Positions 20,270-30,604 of a stretch of DNA of 64,000 nt are shown here, in pieces (positions within the stretch are counted from its first letter, which is position 1; every line of letters begins with the position of its first letter). A program made the position numbers and the translations under genes. This stretch comes from TPA_inf: Saccharomyces (lineage: Eukaryota): NCBI GenBank assembly GCA_000146045.2, contig BK006938.2:64001-128000 (forward strand), in the 5' to 3' direction. The notes beneath the pieces are model-generated. The model saw only the letters and a program-made list of their open reading frames with translations. It was not told where the DNA came from and did no database searches.

Positions 20270-21985
20270 ATGAGTATGTCAAGCAAAAACGAGAATAAGA
20301 TATCAGTAGAACAAAGAATATCCACTGATATCGGTCAGGCTTACCAGTTACAAGGCCTTGGGTCTAACCTAAGGTCGATTCGCTCCAAGACTGGTGCCGG
20401 TGAAGTGAACTATATCGATGCTGCTAAATCTGTAAATGATAACCAACTGCTTGCAGAGATCGGTTATAAACAAGAATTAAAAAGACAATTTTCAACATTA
20501 CAAGTTTTCGGTATTGCGTTCTCCATTATGGGTCTATTGCCCTCCATTGCATCTGTGATGGGTGGTGGGCTCGGTGGTGGTCCAGCAACATTAGTGTGGG
20601 GTTGGTTCGTTGCTGCGTTTTTCATTTTACTGGTGGGTATTACCATGGCTGAACATGCAAGTTCCATTCCTACCGCTGGTGGTTTGTACTACTGGACGTA
20701 TTACTATGCTCCAGAAGGTTATAAAGAGATTATTTCTTTTATTATTGGTTGCTCAAACTCCCTAGCGTTGGCAGCCGGTGTGTGTTCCATTGATTACGGT
20801 TTGGCTGAGGAAATTGCTGCTGCTGTCACATTAACCAAAGATGGAAATTTTGAAGTAACGAGTGGGAAACTTTACGGTATATTTGCTGGAGCAGTGGTGG
20901 TTATGTGTATTTGTACATGTGTTGCTTCTGGGGCCATTGCTCGTCTGCAGACGCTAAGTATATTTGCCAATCTTTTCATTATTGTTTTATTGTTCATTGC
21001 GCTACCGATTGGTACCAAGCATAGAATGGGAGGTTTCAATGATGGTGACTTTATATTTGGGAAATATGAAAACTTAAGTGACTGGAATAATGGTTGGCAA
21101 TTTTGTCTTGCTGGTTTCATGCCTGCTGTCTGGACTATTGGTTCCTTTGATTCATGTGTCCATCAATCTGAAGAAGCCAAAGATGCCAAGAAATCAGTCC
21201 CCATTGGTATAATCTCATCTATTGCTGTTTGTTGGATTTTAGGTTGGTTGATTATTATTTGTTTAATGGCCTGTATCAACCCTGATATTGACAGCGTTTT
21301 GGACTCCAAGTACGGCTTTGCTTTGGCTCAAATAATTTATGATTCGTTAGGAAAAAAATGGGCCATTGCATTTATGTCATTGATCGCATTCTGTCAATTT
21401 CTAATGGGTGCTTCCATTACCACAGCTGTTTCTAGACAAGTTTGGGCATTTTCCCGTGATAACGGTTTGCCCCTATCAAAGTATATTAAAAGAGTGGATT
21501 CTAAATACTCGGTCCCTTTTTTCGCTATTTTGGCTGCCTGTGTAGGTTCCTTGATTTTAGGATTGTTATGTTTGATTGATGATGCCGCCACTGATGCATT
21601 ATTTAGTCTGGCTGTTGCAGGAAACAATTTGGCATGGAGTACCCCTACAGTTTTCCGTTTAACATCAGGTAGAGATTTATTTAGACCTGGTCCATTTTAT
21701 TTGGGTAAAATCTGGTCTCCAATTGTTGCTTGGACAGGTGTTGCTTTCCAATTGTTCATTATTATTTTGGTTATGTTCCCCTCTCAACAACATGGTATTA
21801 CTAAATCCACAATGAATTATGCATGCGTTATTGGTCCCGGTATCTGGATCCTTGCAGGTATCTACTACAAAGTTTACAAGAAGAAATACTACCACGGTCC
21901 AGCAACCAATTTGTCGGATGATGATTATACTGAAGCCGTTGGTGCTGATGTTATCGACACAATTATGTCCAAACAGGAACCATAA
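20270..21985 (+). CDS. UGA4: UGA4 (YDL210W), the vacuolar GABA / delta-aminolevulinate permease, 571 aa.
   Basis: It is a 571-aa polytopic APC-family permease. Its promoter carries UAS-GABA and GATA elements. Confidence 0.92.
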   Translation: MSMSSKNENKISVEQRISTDIGQAYQLQGLGSNLRSIRSKTGAGEVNYIDAAKSVNDNQLLAEIGYKQELKRQFSTLQVFGIAFSIMGLLPSIASVMGGGLGGGPATLVWGWFVAAFFILLVGITMAEHASSIPTAGGLYYWTYYYAPEGYKEIISFIIGCSNSLALAAGVCSIDYGLAEEIAAAVTLTKDGNFEVTSGKLYGIFAGAVVVMCICTCVASGAIARLQTLSIFANLFIIVLLFIALPIGTKHRMGGFNDGDFIFGKYENLSDWNNGWQFCLAGFMPAVWTIGSFDSCVHQSEEAKDAKKSVPIGIISSIAVCWILGWLIIICLMACINPDIDSVLDSKYGFALAQIIYDSLGKKWAIAFMSLIAFCQFLMGASITTAVSRQVWAFSRDNGLPLSKYIKRVDSKYSVPFFAILAACVGSLILGLLCLIDDAATDALFSLAVAGNNLAWSTPTVFRLTSGRDLFRPGPFYLGKIWSPIVAWTGVAFQLFIIILVMFPSQQHGITKSTMNYACVIGPGIWILAGIYYKVYKKKYYHGPATNLSDDDYTEAVGADVIDTIMSKQEP

Positions 21986-22206
21986 ATGTTCAAACCTTTA
22001 TAAAGATTTTATATTCAGAGTTTATAAGGTCTAGCTTATATAGTCAGTATTTTTAATTTAATTATATTATAGTTTATCCTATCTCACCGTTTTAGCTTGT
22101 TTTCTGCGCCCAAACATAAAAATCAAGAAGCGCGGATAATTTATGATCAGCTCAGCGGGAATGTTAATGGCAGATACTTAGAATTTGGTGGAAACGATTT
22201 TCTTCT

Positions 22207-23241
22207 CTAATCCTCATCAGAGGAGAGGTAATCGAGCAAGGGACCACCAAGCTTACCAACAGATGGCTTTGATGAAATATTTTCTCTACTGATATTTTTT
22301 TTCACTTTCTTCAATTTTTCTATAAAATCATCACTCTCCATTCCATTATCTAATGGCAATAGTCTTTTCTTGACATTATCAACACTTGCTTCTGGAAATG
22401 TCCTGTCTAACCTTTCATTATTCTTATTATTAACCTCAGTGCCAGCACTATTGGTATTGTTATTGATTAGATGCACCATCATGTTTAAAGACTCTAACTT
22501 CAGTTCTTCTTGCAGTCTTTTCTGTGCAGCGGGGTCTGGATCTTCATTTGCCCATTTCACCAATAGTCCAGTACCCTCCCTTCTATCATCCCATTCTTTA
22601 TCGCTGGGTAGCAGCAATGTCTGATTGCTCATGGCTTCTTTGGCAAATTCTGCATTAGCTTGATATTTAAACTTCACAAATCCACAGTTTTTGCTCTCAA
22701 CGTATCGTATTCTATCAATATCACCCAATCGAGAAAATACAAATCGAATTCTGCTTTCTATCTGAGCTGGCTTCAAATGCTTGCTATTCAATGCTCCATC
22801 AATACCACCTACATACAATGTCTTGTTTTTCTTCCTAAATGAACCGATCCCGCCCATATCCTCTCTATAGTCAGCAAATTTTTCTCTACCAAAACAGTCC
22901 AATACCTCTGTCCTCAGGGCCAGTTTACCTATATCTTCTTCGTCTGGTATATGATGCAGATATTCACATTTAGGGCCAAGGCAACACATACCCTTTGCAA
23001 AAAATAGACAGAAGAACAACTGGCCATCATTATCGCCCCTAGTCTTCCCAGAATGAAGTTGCGGCTGCAAAGCAAATGGACTAACAAATCGTGTATTCCC
23101 CGCAAACCCTTGGGACCATTTATTATACCATATATTAAACGTCAATCCAGTCTGCGCCGGTATAGAGGAGGGCAGTTCTGACTCCTTCACTTGCACTTTC
23201 GCGGATTTATCCCTCCAAGATGTCATCCAAATTTCTATCAA
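22207..23241 (-). CDS. CWC2: CWC2 (YDL209C), a spliceosome (NTC-associated) protein with a CCCH zinc finger and an RRM. The open frame is 344 aa, and the annotated start is probably the Met at 23226 (339 aa).
   Basis: A CCCH zinc finger (CCLGPKCEYLHH) and an RRM (KTLYVGGIDGA...) are present. Confidence 0.85.
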   Translation of the reverse strand: MIEIWMTSWRDKSAKVQVKESELPSSIPAQTGLTFNIWYNKWSQGFAGNTRFVSPFALQPQLHSGKTRGDNDGQLFFCLFFAKGMCCLGPKCEYLHHIPDEEDIGKLALRTEVLDCFGREKFADYREDMGGIGSFRKKNKTLYVGGIDGALNSKHLKPAQIESRIRFVFSRLGDIDRIRYVESKNCGFVKFKYQANAEFAKEAMSNQTLLLPSDKEWDDRREGTGLLVKWANEDPDPAAQKRLQEELKLESLNMMVHLINNNTNSAGTEVNNKNNERLDRTFPEASVDNVKKRLLPLDNGMESDDFIEKLKKVKKNISRENISSKPSVGKLGGPLLDYLSSDED

Positions 23242-23511
23242 TGCGTATACTGTCTTACTAACGTCGTTACTACCTTAAGGCCCATCGCCAGTAGTCTTTA
23301 TTATGATCCAGCCTTCAATACATAATGGAAAATTTCATCATTACCCGCATATGTACGTATGTAACGATGGAATGCTCAAAAACTGAAAAAAATTTTTCTG
23401 AAAAAAAGTGATGAGGAATAAAGAAAAGTAAAAAACGAATGCATGATATAGTAGTAGTAAATGGTCAATGGATCATTGGGTAGCAGAGAAACGGAAACAA
23501 GTGCAGTAAAA

Positions 23512-23982
23512 ATGGGTAAAGACAACAAGGAACATAAGGAAAGCAAAGAAAGCAAAACCGTAGACAACTATGAGGCCAGAATGCCTGCTGTGTTGCCATT
23601 CGCTAAACCATTGGCCTCTAAGAAACTAAACAAGAAGGTCTTGAAGACCGTGAAGAAGGCTTCCAAGGCCAAGAATGTTAAAAGAGGTGTCAAGGAAGTT
23701 GTCAAGGCCTTAAGAAAGGGTGAAAAAGGTTTAGTCGTCATCGCCGGTGACATTTCTCCAGCTGATGTTATTTCCCACATCCCAGTCTTATGTGAAGATC
23801 ACTCTGTCCCATACATCTTCATACCTTCAAAGCAAGACTTAGGTGCCGCTGGCGCTACAAAAAGACCTACCTCAGTTGTCTTTATCGTCCCAGGTAGCAA
23901 TAAGAAAAAAGATGGAAAAAATAAAGAAGAAGAATACAAGGAATCTTTCAACGAAGTTGTCAAAGAAGTTCAAGCTTTATGA
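23512..23982 (+). CDS. NHP2: NHP2 (YDL208W), an H/ACA snoRNP protein of the L7Ae family, 156 aa. The open frame extends upstream to an ATG at 23461 (+17 aa).
   Basis: The protein reads MGKDNKEHKESKESKTVDNYEARMPAVLPFAKPLASKKL...GLVVIAGDISP..., which has the L7Ae fold signature. Confidence 0.88.
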   Translation: MGKDNKEHKESKESKTVDNYEARMPAVLPFAKPLASKKLNKKVLKTVKKASKAKNVKRGVKEVVKALRKGEKGLVVIAGDISPADVISHIPVLCEDHSVPYIFIPSKQDLGAAGATKRPTSVVFIVPGSNKKKDGKNKEEEYKESFNEVVKEVQAL

Positions 23983-24247
23983 AAAAAGTTCGCTTCTTAA
24001 CCATATTAGAAATCTAGAAGAAATAAAAAAAATCTGGCATTAGATATATATTTTGACTGTAGGCCTTCTGTATATTATATAATACTACTAATAACATCAA
24101 ATGTTTGTGACTTTTCGGGTAACCGGGCTTCGTTCTACTGTTCCACTTTTTGTATGTTTAATGAAAATATCATCAAAGAAATAGGTATATAATTGATAAC
24201 AAGAGAATCGCGGGCCGTTGCTACAGGATATTCTGCAGAGTCGAAGA

Positions 24248-25864
24248 ATGAGATTTGTGTTCGATGAGGTTTTCAATTCAGATACTGATTCTCCAGAATT
24301 TGAGGAAACATGTTCTACAACATCTTCTACGTCATCGCAATGCCCTACACCTGAGCCGAGCCCAGCAATAAAGTTACCTTCATTCACGAAAGTTGGCACG
24401 AAGAAATTGGTAAATGAGTCGGTAGTTATTTTAGATCCTGCTCTAGAAAACGCCTTGCGCGATTTGAACCTTCAATCGAAACTGATCCCCATTAATGAGC
24501 CCATTGTAGCCGCGTCATCGATAATAGTACCGCATTCAACCAATATGCCACTACCGAGAGCATCGCATTCGTCATTGCTAGATAATGCTAAGAACTCAAA
24601 TGCGACAGCACCCTTACTCGAGGCAATAGAAGAATCTTTTCAAAGGAAAATGCAAAACTTGGTGCTTGCCAATCAGAAAGAAATTCAATCTATTAGAGAA
24701 AATAAACGTCGTGTTGAAGAGCAACGTAAGCGAAAAGAGGAGGAAGAGCGCAAACGTAAGGAAGCTGAGGAAAAGGCCAAGCGGGAGCAGGAATTATTAC
24801 GTCAAAAGAAGGATGAAGAAGAACGTAAACGCAAAGAAGCTGAAGCAAAGCTAGCGCAGCAGAAACAAGAAGAAGAAAGGAAGAAAATAGAAGAACAGAA
24901 TGAAAAGGAAAGACAATTGAAAAAAGAACATGAAGCCAAATTATTGCAGCAGAAGGATAAATTGGGTAAAGCAGTTACAAACTTTGATAAAATCTCCAAA
25001 ATGTTTTGGCATTATAAAGACAAAATTGCTCAAATAAAGCAAGACATAGTTCTGCCTATAAAAAAAGCTGATGTGAATGTAAGGAATTTGCTCTCACGTC
25101 ATAAAAGGAAAATTAACCCGAAATTCGGACAATTAACTAATAGCAACCAGCAACTTTTTAAAATACAGAATGAACTAACTCAATTGATAAATGATACTAA
25201 AGGCGACTCTCTAGCATATCATTGGATTTTAAACTTTATTGCCAAAGCCGTAGTACATCAGGCGGAAACAGAAGTCAGGGTAAAACCAGAGTCTGCTCTG
25301 CCCCTAGGGAAATTGACTTTATATTTGTTAGTCCAATTCCCAGAGTTACAGGAATTGTTTATGGCAAGACTTGTCAAGAAATGCCCCTTTGTGATAGGAT
25401 TCACGTGTGAGATTGACACAGAAAAAGGCCGTCAAAACATGGGATGGAAAAGAAACAACGAGAATAAATGGGAAGATAACACATCCTACGATGAGAGAAT
25501 GGGCGGGATCTTATCATTATTTGCCATAATAACGAGATTACAGTTACCTCAAGAATTTATCACCACCACGAGTCATCCTTTCCCCATCGCATTATCGTGG
25601 CATATTTTGGCTAGAATATGTAATACGCCACTAAATTTAATAACAAATACCCATTTTGTCATACTCGGTTCGTGGTGGGATGCCGCTGCCGTACAGTTTC
25701 TTCAGGCGTATGGGAACCAAGCCTCTAAATTGCTAATCTTGATTGGTGAGGAATTGACCTCCAGAATGGCTGAAAAGAAATATGTGGGTGCTGCGAGATT
25801 AAGAATTTTATTAGAGGCCTGGCAAAATAATAATATGGAGTCCTTTCCGGAAATGTCTCCTTAG
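24248..25864 (+). CDS. GLE1: GLE1 (YDL207W), the nuclear pore-associated mRNA export factor that activates Dbp5, 538 aa. The open frame extends to an upstream ATG at 24218.
   Basis: The protein begins MRFVFDEVFNSDTDSPEFEE. It has a central charged coiled coil with K/R/E repeats and a C-terminal Gle1 domain. Confidence 0.88.
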   Translation: MRFVFDEVFNSDTDSPEFEETCSTTSSTSSQCPTPEPSPAIKLPSFTKVGTKKLVNESVVILDPALENALRDLNLQSKLIPINEPIVAASSIIVPHSTNMPLPRASHSSLLDNAKNSNATAPLLEAIEESFQRKMQNLVLANQKEIQSIRENKRRVEEQRKRKEEEERKRKEAEEKAKREQELLRQKKDEEERKRKEAEAKLAQQKQEEERKKIEEQNEKERQLKKEHEAKLLQQKDKLGKAVTNFDKISKMFWHYKDKIAQIKQDIVLPIKKADVNVRNLLSRHKRKINPKFGQLTNSNQQLFKIQNELTQLINDTKGDSLAYHWILNFIAKAVVHQAETEVRVKPESALPLGKLTLYLLVQFPELQELFMARLVKKCPFVIGFTCEIDTEKGRQNMGWKRNNENKWEDNTSYDERMGGILSLFAIITRLQLPQEFITTTSHPFPIALSWHILARICNTPLNLITNTHFVILGSWWDAAAVQFLQAYGNQASKLLILIGEELTSRMAEKKYVGAARLRILLEAWQNNNMESFPEMSP

Positions 25865-26175
25865 AAAATTCTGAACTTATATATGCACATTATGCTAATA
25901 CACTTTATAATGACTTTATTTTAAACGTCGCCATTTTTAGTTTTATTTTCGGCTCGATATCAAGGGATGGCAGAAAATACGTCATGAATATTAAGCCGTA
26001 AGTGGGAAAAGTTAAGACAATCTCCCACTCAAATATACGTACGTGAAATTGACATTTGAACTACCGCTCATAATATCTTATTCGATCAAGCAGAATATTC
26101 ATTCTTTTTCCGGCGCCTATCTCCTTACCTTTATTTGTAAATGCTACTCTTCATTTATCAAATTTTTTAAAGCAG

Positions 26176-28464
26176 ATGCATAAACCTTTAAGATGGCTAA
26201 TAACGATAGCCTTCTACGTTTCGAACGTTATATTAATAGGCTATTCCCTTTCTAGTAATGGCTCAATATCTGAATTTTATCTGCATTCTGTTGTACTTAT
26301 TGAATGCTTCTCTTTACTAGGAGTGGTTACCTCTGACTGCTTAACACCATCTTTGTCATACATTTCCAGTAACATATTCCATATTTCCGATAGAGTATCC
26401 GGCATGACTTTATTAGCATTGGGGAATGCACTTCCTGATATTACTAGTACTTACCAGTCGATGAAATCTGGCGTGACTTCCTTGGCCATTGGTGAGTTAT
26501 TTGGTGGCATATTTTTTCTGTTAACCGTTGTGATTGGACTAATGGGCTGCGTAGCCACTATTCAATTTCAACATGACAAGTCTATTGAAACTTACACAGA
26601 AGAAAGCTTTGACCAAAATTTATCGTATGATAGAAGCAATTATATATTGGATGTCGGAATATTCACTTTTATGCTCTTAGTTTCGGGCACTTTTCTAGCA
26701 GATGGAAGACTGTACTTTTGGGAGTGTATTGTCATGGTTTTAACCTACTGCTGTTGTGCTGTCTATTTAATAAAAAGCTACAAATATCCCTGCGAAATCA
26801 ATGATGCTTTAGAAAGAGAGGTAGAAATAAAAAAAACTGTACTTGCAAATAATCATATCACTGTTCCAAATCGATTTACATTAACGACTACCAGTGACAT
26901 TACATCCACAGACGATGGAATAAGATATGTAAGGCCTTTGGGGGATACACAGATTGATGAGGACAACGCTATTAGTTTAGATCCAACTCGTTTACCAAGT
27001 AAATCCCTGGATAACATTTCGAGATTTAATCAAGGTATACCTGAAAGAAGGGATTTAATAAGACGTAGAATACGGGGATATTTACGGTCGCATTATCATG
27101 GCTGGGTAAGAATGACGTTACAAGATCTTTTGAATATATGGGAGAAGCAGAATCTTTTTAACAATACAGTAAAATCGTTGTCTTTACCCTCCGATGATAC
27201 TCATTTATTTACTAAAGCTTCTTTAGATGAAGAAGGGAGGCCTTTAATAAGAAAAAGGATGAATTCATTACAACCTAAGGATTTTTACAAATATTTGTCC
27301 CTACGGAATGGGGAAAATTCAAATGCGCTGGATACTGCAATCTCTGCTCCCCAAAACGAGTATCAAACTTACTATAATGAACCCACAAGTTTGTTTTTGA
27401 CTGTGCCACAAAAAAAAACCTCCAAGAAATCATTAAGCTGCGATCGCATTCCAAACTTGGTCCGGAGTAATAATATTATATTAAATGACGAGGCTACACG
27501 TACACAGGAATCTACCAATGCCTTGAACAGCATATCAGATGTTATCGACAACTCTCTCTTACAGTATGAGAGAGATGATATAATTCTCGATAGAACACTA
27601 TCTCTCTGTTCAACAAAGAGTAGAACCGCTTGGCATAGTTTCCAACTTTACAATTACTTAACAGATGTGTCCTTGGAAATTGGTTTCTTTGAGTTCTTGT
27701 CATTATTAGTCACTACGCCGGTATCAATAATTCTTTATCTTTCAATACCATCAGAGATAAGTCAAACAGACCATGACTTACCCCTTTCATACCTACAGAA
27801 TATTCAATTGATTGCTTCGCCAATAATTCTCAACCAACTCATCACAAATAACTTTTCATTTTGGTTGCTCATCTTATCGCTGGTGATAGCCATCTTATTA
27901 TATTTTAAAACTAGGACCATACCGAACAAGTTCAACTCTGATATAATCTTTACAGTAGCATTTTTATTGTCATTGGCCTGTCTTTCGAAAGCTGTCCACA
28001 TAATTGTAGTCACGTTAACGCATTGGATAAATGTGTTTAATATATCGGAAACAATACTAGGTTTAACCATTTTTACATGGGGTAATTCGATTGGTGATTT
28101 AGTGTCAAATATTACATTCGTCAAAATAGGTGTTTTAGAAATCGCGATAGGAGCTTGTTTTGGCAGTCCACTTTTATATTTCTTATTTGGCGTCGGATTT
28201 GATGGAATTATGATAATGCTAGGCGACAAAACTGGAAAAATAGTGAGTGGCAGAGATAGTAATATTTTAATGCATCATATTGATTTTAAAGTGGATAAAA
28301 ACTTAATCAATACTGGAGTCGGAATTCTGATCGCGTTTTTGATATTTACGGTTTTGATACCATTAAACGACTGGAAAATTGACAAGAAGATTAGTATTGC
28401 ACTTCTTACGTTGTATATAGTTGTCACATGTATTAGTGTTTTTTTAGAAGTTCACCAAGTGTAA
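26176..28464 (+). CDS. YDL206W, a putative cation/Ca2+ exchanger of the CaCA (Na+/Ca2+ exchanger) superfamily, 762 aa.
   Basis: It contains two alpha-repeat-like motifs. One is N-terminal (LGNALPDITSTYQS) and one C-terminal (WGNSIGDLVSNITF). Each lies within a TM cluster, and a long hydrophilic loop separates them. Confidence 0.8.
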   Translation: MHKPLRWLITIAFYVSNVILIGYSLSSNGSISEFYLHSVVLIECFSLLGVVTSDCLTPSLSYISSNIFHISDRVSGMTLLALGNALPDITSTYQSMKSGVTSLAIGELFGGIFFLLTVVIGLMGCVATIQFQHDKSIETYTEESFDQNLSYDRSNYILDVGIFTFMLLVSGTFLADGRLYFWECIVMVLTYCCCAVYLIKSYKYPCEINDALEREVEIKKTVLANNHITVPNRFTLTTTSDITSTDDGIRYVRPLGDTQIDEDNAISLDPTRLPSKSLDNISRFNQGIPERRDLIRRRIRGYLRSHYHGWVRMTLQDLLNIWEKQNLFNNTVKSLSLPSDDTHLFTKASLDEEGRPLIRKRMNSLQPKDFYKYLSLRNGENSNALDTAISAPQNEYQTYYNEPTSLFLTVPQKKTSKKSLSCDRIPNLVRSNNIILNDEATRTQESTNALNSISDVIDNSLLQYERDDIILDRTLSLCSTKSRTAWHSFQLYNYLTDVSLEIGFFEFLSLLVTTPVSIILYLSIPSEISQTDHDLPLSYLQNIQLIASPIILNQLITNNFSFWLLILSLVIAILLYFKTRTIPNKFNSDIIFTVAFLLSLACLSKAVHIIVVTLTHWINVFNISETILGLTIFTWGNSIGDLVSNITFVKIGVLEIAIGACFGSPLLYFLFGVGFDGIMIMLGDKTGKIVSGRDSNILMHHIDFKVDKNLINTGVGILIAFLIFTVLIPLNDWKIDKKISIALLTLYIVVTCISVFLEVHQV

Positions 28465-28682
28465 TTTAATAAATCAAGATTTCATTTTTTATATACAAGC
28501 TATAATAAATATATTAACAACGAAGCTTGTATGAATAGTATAAAATAAACAAAGGTAGGAATTACATATTCTAATTGACAAAATATTTATGCAGTGGTCA
28601 TTTGAAAATGGTCATTAAATTAAACAAGTAATATGAGAGGAATGAGAGGGAAATAAATAACTGAAAGATAAAGGAGATAAGG

Positions 28683-28708
28683 AAAAAAAAAAAAAAAAAA
28701 AAAAAAAA
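28683..28708 (+). repeat. Poly(dA) homopolymer tract of 26 A in the 3' intergenic region between YDL206W and HEM3.
   Basis: Counted directly in the sequence. Confidence 0.95.
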
Positions 28709-28761
28709 GGGAACTTTAGTTAGTAATAATAGAGTTTTTGGACTGATCAAATTAATGGTGT

Positions 28762-29745
28762 TCATTTGATTCTGTCTAAATTAATTTCATCCAGAATTTT
28801 CTTTGCGCCATCGGCAATCATTCTTTCAGCTAGTATCTTACCACACGCCATGGAATCTTCTTTAACATTTTCTATTAGCATTTCAATTTCGTCTTCTACT
28901 GCTTCTGTGCCTTCAACGTCAACTACAATGGCCTTTAATAGTAATTTTTTAGTCTCTTCATTGTATTTAGATTCCACACCAATAGGAACGGAACAACCCC
29001 CCTCTAAAGTTCTCATCAAAGCACGCTCCGAAAGGCAACATATAGTTGCATTTAGATCGCAAATTTCGTCAAGAATCTTCATCATCTTGGTGTCACCCTT
29101 TCTAATTTCTATACCCAGGGCGCCTTGTCCAACTGCATGGTACATTGTATCCGAATGGAATCGCTGCGTAATTCTGTTTTCCAACCCCATACGCATCAAC
29201 CCAGCAGACGCCAAGATGATGCATTGGTACGGAGATTTTGGGTCGTCTAGTTTTTGTAATCTAGTTTGTATATTTCCTCTGACACTTTCAAATTTCAAAT
29301 GTGGGTATTTTCTTTTTAGCTGAGCAGATCTTCTCACGGATGAGGTTCCCACAATCCCCCCGTCTGGAAGGTCATCCAGAGACTTATAAGCAGAGTAAAA
29401 GGGCATGACAAGACAATCTGTTGGATCGACCCGCTTAGTGATACCCCCCAGCTCGAAACCCTCTGGTAGTAAAGTGGGCATGTCCTTCAGAGAATGAACG
29501 ATCAAGTCAAGCTTCTTTGAGGGATCGTCATGGTAAAGATGGTCTTCCAACTCCTTTGTCCATAAAGCTTTACCGCCAAATGAGTACAAAGGTTTGAATT
29601 GAATCTGGTCACCAAGAGTTTGCAAAGTGAAAACCTTGCAGTCGTAGTCCGGATACTTTTCTTCGATCAGTTTTAAAACATGGTTGGATTGTATTACCGC
29701 CAATTTCGATTTTCTCCCACCAATATGTAGAGTTTCAGGGCCCAT
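28762..29745 (-). CDS. HEM3: HEM3 (YDL205C), porphobilinogen deaminase (hydroxymethylbilane synthase), 327 aa.
   Basis: PBGD-family motifs are present ([30 protein letters not shown]), as is the cofactor-binding Cys region. Confidence 0.92.
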   Translation of the reverse strand: MGPETLHIGGRKSKLAVIQSNHVLKLIEEKYPDYDCKVFTLQTLGDQIQFKPLYSFGGKALWTKELEDHLYHDDPSKKLDLIVHSLKDMPTLLPEGFELGGITKRVDPTDCLVMPFYSAYKSLDDLPDGGIVGTSSVRRSAQLKRKYPHLKFESVRGNIQTRLQKLDDPKSPYQCIILASAGLMRMGLENRITQRFHSDTMYHAVGQGALGIEIRKGDTKMMKILDEICDLNATICCLSERALMRTLEGGCSVPIGVESKYNEETKKLLLKAIVVDVEGTEAVEDEIEMLIENVKEDSMACGKILAERMIADGAKKILDEINLDRIK

Positions 29746-30604
29746 AGTACGTGTGTATTTACCAACTACAAATTTATCTAGATTTTCTTCGCTTTTCTTT
29801 TTTTCTATTGTTCTAGATATTAATACGGGATGAGAAGAACAGAATATTCAAAATCTAATACAGCCCTGTACCATGCAAACACGAGCGTCAATCTGCCAAT
29901 GACCTTGAATTCAGGCTATGTGTAGCAATAATACAGATAGTTAGTAGCCTCGTTTATATAAAGCGTTCCTTTACTTTTTCATTTTCTTTCTTTTTTTATG
30001 TTTGATTTTTTTACTTTTTCACTTTAAAAAATTGCTGAAATTTTCGTAGCCAAAAAAAAGACCTTCATTGCTTACTCATCGGTTTCTTATTGGTCAGACG
30101 CTCCCCAGGGTCAATTGACAAGGAGAGAAGGAATGTTATATGGGAATTGCTGCGTAAAGATGGTCAAAAATCCTGGACTGCCGTACGAACGACAATGTAA
30201 GGATGACTGCATTAGCCAGAAAGACATCTTTACCCCCGGTGCTGCCAGGGAGCAAAATAATTACGAAAAGTGGACGCAAAGTTAACTTAAACTACAAGGG
30301 TAGCAGCAGAATGTGTCGGTGGTACCGGTGTGATAATGCCCCATTTGAGATGCTTGTAATTGTGGCCTAGCAATAAGAACGCAAGGCGTTTTTGTTGAAA
30401 GGAGAACAAGGTTAGACGGTGACGTTTAGGCGCATAGGCAATCTCCCCTTATTGTTCACCCTTATTTCCACCCTCAAACGATAAAGCTTGCTACTTTGAT
30501 GAAAAAAATATATAAAAGGGATTGAAAAGCAGATCAATTATGTAGCAATAGTAGTAATAACTTGTTCAATTGCTTGTCTCAACTTGCCACAAACTATCAT
30601 CAAC

